From NCBI GenBank assembly GCA_964016885.1, contig OZ024740.1, positions 71,114,001 to 71,178,000 on the forward strand: a stretch of 64,000 nt of DNA. Direction: 5' to 3'. The notes beneath the pieces were generated by a model. That model had not been told where the DNA came from. It saw only the letters and a program-made list of their open reading frames with translations, and made no database searches. Both the position numbers and the translations under genes were made by a program. Shown piece after piece: positions 22,364 through 33,014 of this stretch (its first letter is position 1; each line of letters opens with the position of its first letter). The DNA is from Eledone cirrhosa (taxonomy: Eukaryota).

Positions 22364-23635
22364 GTAAGTAACATTATTTATTTATTTCATTTTTGTTGTA
22401 TCAAAATGATTCATGTTTTTTCTGTATTTCGCCTACATACAATTTCCTAACATTATCTCAGAGCAGAAATCAAGAGAAATTTAACTCTTAACATCCTGTA
22501 ACATTTTAGCAGAACATATCTAAAAACAGATCTGTTAATTCAAACGTTTATAGAATCTTTACTAGTGAAGGTTATTATGAAAATTTGTGGTATTAGATAG
22601 AGTAAAGACTTTCATTTTTAATGCTTTGCAATCATGATGATTTTTCAACTTTCCAAGAATGTCTTACTAATGCATTTTCATATTTAAAATGTGTCTTTAT
22701 TTTGAAGATGGGAGGGTGTGAATTGTTGGAGATTCAGCTACTATTTCAAGCAGGAGGAAAAACTAGGTTGAGGCTCTCGCATTCAGGGATTGGTGAAGAC
22801 CATGAATGTAGGCACATGATAGTTTTCTGTTTGTAAATGTCTGATGAGAATGCTTCTGGCAAGGAAATAATGGTCACACTTAGTTTGTGGTTTCACTTGA
22901 TGTTTCATTTGTATGTGAATATATGTTTCTATGTGGTTGGGTGTTGTTTTTATGTGGATGTGTGTTTGTGTGTATATGTGTGTGGATACATATTTGTACG
23001 TGCATGTGTATGGGTGTGTGTTTCTATACAGATGTGCGTGGATGTGTGTTCCTATGTATGTGTTTGTATATGCATATCTTTCAATAGATTATATCAAAAA
23101 CCAATGAATAAACAACAAAAACAAAAACACTGCTTTAGGTATGACATTCTTTGAGATACACTGAGGTATGTTGCAGGAGTATGGTCCTACTTTCAGTATG
23201 ATGTGCCTGTAGATCAGAAAATACAGTGGTAATTATTCCACTCCTGGATTACTCTTACGTAAATGGATTCCAGGATCTGTGGACATTTTTTATTGATTCC
23301 TGGTGGTTGCCTGCTCCTCTTATTGGGAACATTCATTTCATTTCCTTTTACACATTTGTTTTTCATATATTCTCAAACATTCTATATAATCTTATTCCCT
23401 CCATATTTTTTTTTTATTTATACTTGTAAGGTCTTCCCTTCTTTTATTGTTCCTATCAAATCTCTCTCTTTTTTCTTTCTCTTGCTCTTTCTCTCTCTCA
23501 TATGCATGTTTCTACATTTCCCTCTATTTTTCTCACATTTTCTATCCCTTTCCCACTCTCTCCCATATATATATATTCTCTAATGCAGCACTAATCTATA
23601 TATATCTACATCTCTATACAACCATCGCACCACAG

Positions 23636-23770
23636 GTTTTCAGAAGGTACAAACTATTCAGTGATGTCAACAATAGTCGGTGGAACTGTGCTTTATGCTG
23701 CTATTTATGCTGTCAACCAGTCTCAAGTTCAAAGATACTTTTCATGTTCTTCAATGAAAAAAGCCCAGTG
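23636..23770 (+). CDS. SLC5 exon c (135 bp, phase 2-2): MFSEGTNYSVMSTIVGGTVLYAAIYAVNQSQVQRYFSCSSMKKAQ
   Basis: cacag|...|gtaggt. Contains the hallmark NQSQVQRYxSC motif. Confidence 0.92.
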
Positions 23771-24059
23771 GTAGGTTATTTTTCTTTTGGTGCTGGAATC
23801 ATGATAAATGCTCCTAGTACATTCTGTGAAGTGTTTGGTTTTTGGAAGGGCATCCAACTGTAGAAACCAAGACAAAAATGGAGTGCATGTACAAGACATG
23901 GTCACCTGGCCAGTCTAGCCACAATATATGATGAGCCATCTAACCCATGTGAGCATGGAAAATTGACGTGAAACAGTGATAATAGTGGTGGCGGTGGCAG
24001 CTGTTGTTGTTGTTTTGTTTGATTTATAGGGCTTTAGATGTACCAAATGTTGCATAGAA

Positions 24060-24610
24060 ACATAGCCCCAACCATGAGCAAGGCATGGCATGGCCAAGTG
24101 GCCTGACCTCCCTCACAATTGGACCACCCAGATCCCAAAATACAGCCCCGCTAGCCAACATGCAGTCCCGATAAGTGCAAGGTACAGCACGGCCATCTGG
24201 CCAGACATGTCTTATAACAGGACCACCCAGTAACATGACCCTTCTGTGAGCAAGGCATGGCGTGACCAACTGGCCAGACCTTCCTCATAATGGGTTCACC
24301 CAGACCCCAAATTATGGTTCTGTTGTGGGCATTGTCTCAATATGTGTAATGTACAACACGGTCATCTGGCCAGCCTTGTCTTATAACAGGACCACCCAGT
24401 AACATGGCCCCACTATGAGCAAGGCATGATGTGACCAACTGGTCAGACTTCCCTCGTAATGGGACCACCCAGCTCTCAAATTACTGTTCCGATGTGAGCA
24501 GGGTATGATGCGGCCAATTGGCCAGACCCTCCTGATAATGGTGCCACCCAGTTCTTCACTATGAATGTGGTTGGTGTTAGGAAGGGCATTCAGCCACCGT
24601 AAAAACATAG
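24060..24610 (+). repeat. Degenerate ~60-bp tandem array within a SINE-like repeat (similar arrays at ~13020-13440 and, inverted, ~58290-58935)
   Basis: Recurring gagcaaggcatgg..ccaactggccagacc..cataatgggaccacccag units. Confidence 0.6.
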
Positions 24611-24639
24611 CCCAAACATGGCTCTGACCCTCCTAGCGG

Positions 24640-25200
24640 TGTGTGTTCACCTGATTTGTAGGTGATCAGGTGGTTGACATTTTTGTTATTTGTTTAGCAA
24701 ATTTTTATTCCCATCACAGAACACCAGGAGACTGGATCTCTCTTCATTCCTTACACCAAAACCATGAACACTCTGGCATCCTGCTTAGTTCTTGTCAGTA
24801 TTTCCATTAAAATCGACAGCCCTAATAATAGAGTCACTGTCATTTCAATATTGAGGCAGTCTGCTAAATGGTCTCAAAAAGTTGTCGTTCAGTTCATTTG
24901 ATAGTCCTGACTGGTGCAAATGTAGAAATAAATGTCACAATCATATTGCCTTTGATTAGCTTCATCTTAAGTATTCTATCGTGCACTCTGCCTACTCCAC
25001 CCATCACATCACTGTTATCCTCTCAGAAGAATTTGTATCTTTGTTCCTTGTTTGTAAAGAGTCTGGCTGGGGATCTTTTCCATCTTGTTTTTTGCACACA
25101 GCACACATCTATTCGCCTCTGCTGAAGCCTCAGCAGAATCTCTCCCGACTTACCATTCATTGTGCCCTGAAGTGGGCAGATTCCGAGTGGTGATTCTATT
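24640..25200 (-). mobile_element. Decayed RTE-type APE endonuclease fragment
   Basis: GTMNGKSGEI..QRRIDVCCVQKTRW..KEQRYKFF aligns to the family A N-terminus. Confidence 0.7.
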
Positions 25201-26090
25201 GGTTGATGGCTGCTTTCTGCATCTGAAAGAGATAAAAATGCCTGTGCCATCACTTGGTGATAACTGGAATACTCTGATAATCATCAGTAGAGGGTCGGAC
25301 ACCATGCTTTGCAGCATAGAATTATACCCCTTTACAGTCTGAGTTCAAATCTCGCTGAGGTTAACTTTGCTTTTCATGCTTACGGAGTCGATAAAATAGA
25401 GCACCAGTAATGCACTGTAATGCACTGGGATAATTGCTGGCCTTGTGGATTGACAGTATTAGTAGAGCGTCAGACAACGTTTTGCAGCATAGAGTTATGG
25501 CCCTATGGTCGTGTAGGCGACACAGCAAAAAGTACCCAGCACACACTGTAAATGTGGTTGGTGTTAGGAAGGGCAGTTCTGTGTGAGTGAATCACTGTCC
25601 TCCGACTGATCCCTCACAAAAGGACAGCCCATCTTACCCATGCTAGCATGGAAGATGGGTGTTAAGTGATGATGATGATGATGAAAGTGCACAGATATAT
25701 ACATTTGATTCTTTATGTATCAGTAGTGCTGGTGGTGCTATGGGACAAGGTATGAAATGATATAGAGGATCAGCCAGCTCTATAATCTACTGGTGTGTAT
25801 GTTGGAAGTGTGGAAACCATGAATATATATGTGCAAATAAGTAGAAGGTGGGTGGTGAGTGGGGTCAAGGCCGGTGCTGTGTTACTACTTGGGGTGGGGG
25901 CATCATGATAAGTTATGTAGAGATTGTTTGTAGCAGAGAGATAGAATGGTTGGATGTTGGTAACTTTCTGTCTGTGTTAGAAATCAATATTCTTTTACCT
26001 ATATCTGAATAATGAGTGCTGAACAATTATCCATATTTTAGCTTGTTCCCTAACTGATTGTGCTTTTGTTTAAAATTTCTTATTTTTCAG

Positions 26091-26199
26091 GAGCCTTTGG
26101 TTAAACAGCCCTGGTTTGATAATAATTGTCTCTCTCTGTTGCTTATTTGGTGCCTTTCTTAAAGCTGAAGTACCTAAAACATATGAACAAATTGACGAA
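26091..26199 (+). CDS. SLC5 exon d (109 bp, phase 2-0): WSLWLNSPGLIIIVSLCCLFGAFLKAEVPKTYEQIDE
   Basis: tatttttcag|...|gtgagt. Phase-compatible with its neighbours and encodes a hydrophobic TM segment. Confidence 0.85.
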
Positions 26200-26721
26200 G
26201 TGAGTTTTTGTTTTCTAACTTTTTAGAACCGTCATCCAAATATCAATTATCTGAATTTTGGATTATCTCAAGTTAGCATAAATATCTAATTAACCATACT
26301 GTGTGTAACCTAACCCCTTAGCATTCACATTATTTTATATATACTATTATATTTTCATGGTAAAGGCCTTACCTCGCATAATTATCTCACATAATATCGA
26401 ATCTATGAGATTTTGAAAGTATTTATTTTGAGAACAATACCTTAACATCAGTTTGAGCGACCAGTTACAGCCAGTTTCAACAGAAAGAGGTAGAGAATTC
26501 TGGCCGGTATTGGCCGGTTTGAACACTAAAGGGCTAAACTTTTTTTGTTTACAAAATGATTAAAAGTAAAATTAAATTATTGATGAACAAAAATGTTACA
26601 TGAAAGACATGTTACTAACACTGATGAAACAATTGCTTCTTTTGTGTGTAATTGTGATGTGAATATTTTAAACCATAGTCACACCTGAACTGATGTGCAA
26701 CATTGTTATTATTACATGTGA

Positions 26722-26910
26722 GGCGGTGGATTGGCAGTATCGGTAGAGGGTTGGACGCCATGCTTGGCAGCATAGAGTTATGTCCCTTTACAGTCTGAGT
26801 TCAAATCCCGCTGAGGTTAACTTTGCCTTTCATCCTTACAGGGTCGATAAAATAAAGTACCAGTAATGCACTGGGATAATTGCTGGCCTTGTGCCAAAAG
26901 TAGAATCAAT
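26722..26910 (+). mobile_element. tRNA-derived SINE (family 1); other copies/fragments at ~11030, 25285, 26933, 28085, 28650, 51795(-), 56998-57180(-)
   Basis: Same A/B boxes and body as 17447-17632. Confidence 0.8.
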
Positions 26911-27140
26911 TATTACATGTGAAAATAGAACAGTGGATTGGCAGAATTGGTAGAACATTAGACAAAATACCCTACACTATTTGGTTATTTGAGTTCAAAT
27001 CTTGCCAGTGTCAACTTTGCCTTTCATCCTTCCAGGGTTGATAAAATAAAGTTGCTGGCCTTACGGCTAGATTAGAAACTGTTACATATTAAAACACTTG
27101 TTTATTCTGACATCAAACTTTTAAAACTTTTGTTTCTTAG

Positions 27141-27223
27141 GCTGTTGGTATATTTCTGGTGGAGAAAGTCCAAGTGGGAGTTGCCGGTCTATTTATTGCA
27201 GGTGTATTTAATGCAACAATGAG
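27141..27223 (+). CDS. SLC5 exon e (83 bp, phase 0-2): AVGIFLVEKVQVGVAGLFIAGVFNATM
   Basis: tgtttcttag|...|gtatat. Aligns to the PGLPGLFVACAYSGTLS region. Confidence 0.85.
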
Positions 27224-27340
27224 GTATATAATTTTGGATAATATATATAAATGTCTAAGATGAAGTGTTGGTAGTAACATTACAATTTTCCATGATTTTT
27301 CAACTTTAGAGGTGAAATTGCTTTCAGTAGTGGATTGGCA

Positions 27341-27660
27341 TACTCTCGGATCCCAAATAATAAGAGGGTTGGAATAAGCAGGGGGCTTGGACATTTGCTT
27401 AAATTAGTATAAGCGGTGGGGGTTGGGAAATCAGTAATTGTATAGTGTACGTTTGTAAAAATGGGATTTCTTGTAATGTTCATTTCGTGTTATTTATAAT
27501 GTTTTTTAATGTAAAATAAGATTATTAGATTCTCCAGCTGCTGTATCAATATGAATCACTTACAATAAAACTTCGCCAGAGATAGATTAATAAAATTTGA
27601 TAAGCGGGGGGATCTGGAAAATTAATAATCAAGGGAGCAATTATTCAAGACCTGAGAGTA
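27341..27660. mobile_element. TA-flanked MITE, same family as 17079-17383
   Basis: tactctcggatcccaaataat ... attattcaagacctgagagta. Confidence 0.7.
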
Positions 27661-28344
27661 ATTAGTTGAGCTTCAGATAAAATGTCATGATAAATGCACC
27701 CAGTACACCCTATAAGGTAGTTGGGGATTAGAAGGGCACTCTGCTGTAGAAACTGTGTCAAAAAAGTCGAGAGAACTCTTAGGGGCACAACAATCTCTCT
27801 AGTGTTGGTGACCTACACAGTAAACGACCACCCAGTATATTCTGTAAAGTGGTTGGTAATAAGGACATCCAGTCGTAGAAAACCTACCAAAAAAAAAAGA
27901 GTCAGGAAGATTTTTCAGCTACACCAAAGACATAACTTCCCTAGTGTTGGTGCCACAATAAAATGCACTCCGAAGAGCACGAGATCATATATTGGGCCGC
28001 CAACCCACCTGGAGTGCTAACATGTTCAACCCTTGCTTGCAAGGAAAACAGACATTAAATGATTATGAGGATAATGATAATGTTCTGGTTCTTTACATTC
28101 TGACTTCAAATCCTACGAGGGTCAATTTTGCCTTTCCTCCTTCCAGGGTCAATAAAATAAAGTACCAGTCAAGCACTGGGGTTGATTTAATCAACTTAAC
28201 TCTTCCCTCAAAATTGCTGACCTTGTGTCTAAATTAGAAGTCAATATTTACATTTACACTGTGTTTCAAATGTTTTTAATGAAAGATCAACATCAGCTGT
28301 CTTACTCCAGGATATATACAGAGTATTGGGATGGATTTGAACCT

Positions 28345-28640
28345 TTATTTCTAAACAACCCTGAGCACCTTTTTGAATTCCATATGTCTGACACTCATGG
28401 GCATGCCTACAAAGTCAGAAAACAGCACAGCTCCATTGACTTTTGGAAACATTTTTTCACACTGAAAGCATGGAACAAACTACCTGCATCAGTTGTTAGC
28501 TGTCGAGACAATGCACCCTTCAAAACTTCCATGCTTCCCGAAATTCGCCAACACTACACCTGATATTCTCCCTCCATACACATGCATGTATCTGTGTGCA
28601 TATTATAACACTGTTCACTTTCCAGATATTTTTACAGGCA
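28345..28640 (+). mobile_element. CR1-like LINE 3' end fragment
   Basis: THGHAYKVRKQHS..KHFFTL..AWNKLPASVVS..FK matches the CR1 C-terminal TRGH..FF..WN.LP..VV pattern. Confidence 0.7.
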
Positions 28641-29254
28641 AAGTTAAACCACCGAGGTTAACTTTGCCTTTCATCCTTACGTGGTTGATAAAATAAAGTA
28701 CCAGTAATGCACTGGGATAATTGCTGGCTTTGTGCCAAAAGTAGAAACCAATTATTCTATGTACTATACATGCACCTTTGATGAGTTGTAGTGCAGCTGA
28801 GCACTGTACACAATCATTTTCATTATTCATTATTCAAATTAAGAATAGTAACAACTTCATATAAGGTGGTACATTGCAGTATTTCTTCTGATTCTTATTA
28901 CTTTCAGTTCAAATCCCTACATGGTCAATTGGCAAAGTTGTTATGGGATCACTACTTTCAGTACTTAGTCAAGTCTCAGTATAGTTAGTTAACAGCTCAA
29001 TGGATAAAAACATTATTAACTTTAGACTAGTAATAAAGGTTCAAATCCAGTTCAATACTATGAACATTGCAATATTCATTCTGGCTCTTTGCACTCAGTC
29101 AGTTCAAATACCCCCTCCCCCTCCTCTGCCGATTTTGCCTTTCTTCCTTTCGAGATGGATAAAAAAGGTACCAGTACTAGAGTCGAATCTTCCTTTATAA
29201 CTCTTTCTCGCTTCAACTCTCTCTCTCTCACACACTCACATACACACACACACA

Positions 29255-29322
<68 letters not shown>

Positions 29323-29516
29323 CTCTCCTCTGGAAGAAATTTAACTGTCGGAGAGGAACGGTACGTGTCCTCTGCCGTTCGCTGTTCGTGACTAACTGAG
29401 GTATTCTGCAGAGCGTGCGTGCGGTCAAGCAAAAGTTGACGTGCTGTGACCAGATGTGCTGAATGGACGCCAGACAGACTGGTTGGTCGAGGTGATATAT
29501 ATATACATATATATAT

Positions 29517-29676
29517 ATATTTATTAAAATAACAGATTAAAGTTTAAGCAAAGAATCGCTGCTTTCACCCTTAACAGGATCTTCTGAAACTCAGTTTCTC
29601 AGATCTTCTGAAATGTTTCAGAAGATCCCGTTAAGGGTGAAAGCAGCGATTCTTTAATCTGTTATTTTAATAAATA
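29517..29676. repeat. Short fold-back inverted repeat (~60-bp arms) next to (TA)n
   Basis: tttattaaaataacagattaaag..aatcgctgctttcacccttaacaggatcttctgaaac versus gtttcagaagatcccgttaagggtgaaagcagcgattctttaatctgttattttaataaa. Confidence 0.85.
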
Positions 29677-29866
29677 TTTGCTCTACGGTTCTTATATATT
29701 TCATATATATTTATCCTTATCGAGCCCTCTTTGGATTTTATTCTTCAAATTTATTATTATTACTATACATATATATATATATATATATATGCAAAGTTTT
29801 ATTTAAATTGTTGGGTTACAACGAGTAAATATTTATAACTGATATAACAAGTATTTGGAGTATATT

Positions 29867-30241
29867 TACGATATTAAATAAATGGAAACTATATTTATAA
29901 AACCATATTTATATCATTATATATATTTCAGGGATATCATATTAAAAATATGGTATGCCTTCTTCAGACAAAATACAATATAAACAGTCTTATAAATAGA
30001 TAGATTTGACATACCTTTCAACTTCAACTTCCATTTAAAAAGCTGATTTGGTAGTACCAAATCAGCTTTTTAAATGGAAGTTGAAGTTGAAAGGTATGTC
30101 AAATCTATCTATTTATAAGACTGTTTATATTGTATTTTGTCTGAAGAAGGCATACCATATTTTTAATATGATATCCCTGAAATATATATAATGATATAAA
30201 TATGGTTTTATAAATATAGTTTCCATTTATTTAATATCGTA
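29867..30241. repeat. 375-bp palindrome (187-bp arms, 1-nt loop at 30054) containing mirrored hammerhead motifs
   Basis: Centre tttggta-g-taccaaa. Arms are reverse-complementary out to tacgatattaaa / tttaatatcgta. Confidence 0.95.
30137..30194 (+). ncRNA. Type I hammerhead motif (mirror copy on - strand at 29914-29971)
   Basis: TTGT-CTGAAGA-AGGCATACCATATT(TTT)AATATGATATCCCT-GAAA-TATATATA-ATGA. Intact core, stem II with two mismatches and a weak G-U-rich stem I. Confidence 0.6.
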
Positions 30242-30316
30242 TATATATATATATATATATATACATACATATACATGTATATATATATACATATATATAT
30301 ATACATATATATATAT

Positions 30317-30815
30317 AACGGTAGCCACGGAGTAGGCAGACTCTGAAAAACCTGGGACGACTTGATAAATTCCGACCTCACACACTTACACCTCTCCAGG
30401 ACAATGTCACTGGACCGAGATCTTTGGCGCTACACAGTAATACAGAAGACCCTCCTTGCCTAAGTAGAAAGCGAAACCTACAGTCAGTAGGCACCTCTTA
30501 ACAAAAATACACCCCCCGTACCACTACCCCCACCCCATCCACACCACCCCTTTCGATGTAAAGTTATGTTGGTACCACAACATCCAGTCTGAAATAAATG
30601 AGGTCGTGTAGGTGTCACGACAAAAAAACACACAGTCCACGCTGTAATGTGGCCATGTAGGTAACACGGTAAAAACCTCCCAGTCCACACTGTAAACGTG
30701 GTTGGTGTTAGAAAGGGCATCCAGCCGTAGAAATCAAGCCAGGATCAGTTCCCGTCCCACCCTTGCAAGCAGGGAAAAAGCGGACGTACAATAAAATGAT
30801 GATGATGATGATGAT
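30317..30815 (+). mobile_element. Short RTE family A 3' fragment carrying a family-B/SINE-2-type tail
   Basis: Family A ORF end and 3' UTR, then ..tcaagccaggatcagttcccgtcccacccttgcaagcagggaaaaagcggacgta..(gat)n. Confidence 0.8.
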
Positions 30816-30908
30816 ATATATACATATATATATATACATAAATATACATATATATATCATCATTTCATTTTTCATTTCATTTTACGTCCGCTTTTCCCTG
30901 ATATATAT

Positions 30909-31496
30909 ATCATCATCATCATCATCATCATCATCAACGTTTAACGTCCGTGTTCCACGCTTGCATGGGTTTGGACGGGGGTAGTCCCACTTGAGGCAAG
31001 AGTGATTGTCTTGCTCGCATAGGACTGTCTGGCAGGTTTTCTACAGTTGGATGCCCTTCCTAACACCAACCACATTTACAGTGTGGGTCTGGGAGGTTTT
31101 TACCGTGTTGCCTACACGGCCACATTACAGCGTGGACTGTGTGTTTTTTTGTCGTGACACCTACACGATCTCATTTGTTTCGGCCTGGATGGAGTGGGGG
31201 TGGTGGGACGGGGTGTATTTTGTTAGAGATGCCTACTGGCTGGAGTAGGTTTTACTATATATTTAGGTAAGGTGGGTCTTCTCTGTTACTGAGTACCGCC
31301 AAAGGTCTCGGTCCAGTGACATCGTCTTGGAGAGGTGTAAGTGTGTGATGTCGGAGTTTATCAGCTCGTCCCAGGTTTTTCTAGGTCTGCCTATTCCGTG
31401 ACTACCGTCTATTGCCCTGCACTTTGTTATACAGCTATCGACTTTCATGCGCATCACGTGTCCATACCAACGTAGCCTTCTCTCGAGTAAACAACA
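30909..31496 (-). mobile_element. 5'-truncated RTE family A 3' fragment (further UTR-only fragment at 31913-32226)
   Basis: [23 protein letters not shown] followed by the UTR and tail. Confidence 0.88.
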
Positions 31497-31513
31497 TATA
31501 TATATATATACAG

Positions 31514-31565
<52 letters not shown>

Positions 31566-31710
31566 CATCATTTTACGTCCGCTTTTTCCCTGCTTGCAAG
31601 GGTGGGACGGGAACTGTTTCTGGCTTGATTTCTACAGCTGGATGCCCTTCCTAACACCAACCGCATTGCAAGCCCAATGCTCTAAACACTAAGCCATGTG
31701 CCTCCATATG

Positions 31711-31760
<50 letters not shown>

Positions 31761-31765
31761 CATAC

Positions 31766-31806
<41 letters not shown>

Positions 31807-32238
31807 TATACATATATATGTATGTATATATACATATATATATACATATATATATAAACATATATATATATATACATATATACATATATACATATATATA
31901 TATATACATATATCATCATCATCATCATCATCATCGTTTAACGTCCATATTCCACGCTTGCATGGGTTTGGACGGGAGTTTTCCCACTTGAGGCAAGAGT
32001 GGTTGTCTTGCTCGCATAGGACTGTCTGGCGGGTTGTCTACAGCTGGGTGCCCTTCCTAACACCAACCACATTTACAGTGTGGAACTGGGAGGTTTTTAC
32101 CGTGTTACCTACATGGCCACATTACAGTGTGGACTGTGTGTTTTTGTTTTTTTTGTTGTGACACCTACACGACCTCATTTGTTTCGGTCTGGATGTTGTG
32201 GTACCAACATAACTTTACATTGAAAGTATATATACATA

Positions 32239-32278
<40 letters not shown>

Positions 32279-32607
32279 CATATATATACATATATATATA
32301 CATATATACATATATATATATATACATATATACATATATATATATATACATATATACATATACATATATATATACATATATACATATACATATATATATA
32401 TATATAAATATACATATATATATATATATACATATATGTATATATAGATATATACATATATACATACATATATACATACATATATATATATATATATACA
32501 TATATATATACATACATATATATATACATATATATATACATATATATATATATACATACAGGTATATATACATATATCATCATCATCATCATCGTTTATA
32601 TATATAT

Positions 32608-32945
32608 ATCATCATCATTTCATTTTACGTCCGCTTTTCCCTGCTTGCAAGGGTGGGACGGGAACTGATTCTCGCTTGATTTCTACAGCTGGATGCCCTT
32701 CCTAACACCAACCTCATTTACAGTAAGTGCTGGGTGCTTTTTTGCCGTGGCACCTCCACGACTACTTTACAGTGGAATGATATGGACCCCAGTCTCTATC
32801 ATCTCATTTCTACAGCTGAGTAAACTGGAGCAATGTGAAATAAAGTCTCTTGCTCAAGGAAACAACACATCACCCGGTCTGAGAATTGAACTCACAACCT
32901 TTCGATTGCAAGCCCAATGCTCTAACCACTAAGCCATGTGCCTCC
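32608..32945 (-). mobile_element. Complete tRNA-derived SINE (family 2): tRNA head, CORE-like centre, aggaagggcatcc module and RTE family B tail; internally deleted copy at 31564-31705
   Basis: Minus strand: ggaggcacatggcttagtggttagagcattgggcttgcaatcgaaaggttgtgagttcaattctc..ccttgagcaagagactttatttcacattgctccagtttactcagctgtagaaatgag..ggttggtgttaggaagggcatccagc..cccgtcccacccttgcaagcagggaaaagcggacgtaaaatga. Confidence 0.85.
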
Positions 32946-32948
32946 ATA

Positions 32949-32980
<32 letters not shown>

Positions 32981-33014
32981 CATATATATATACATATATA
33001 TATATACATATATA

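Noticed and set aside
32870-32945. Possible tRNA-Cys gene
   Set aside because: The acceptor stem is not formed and the sequence continues into a SINE body, so it is a tRNA-derived SINE head.
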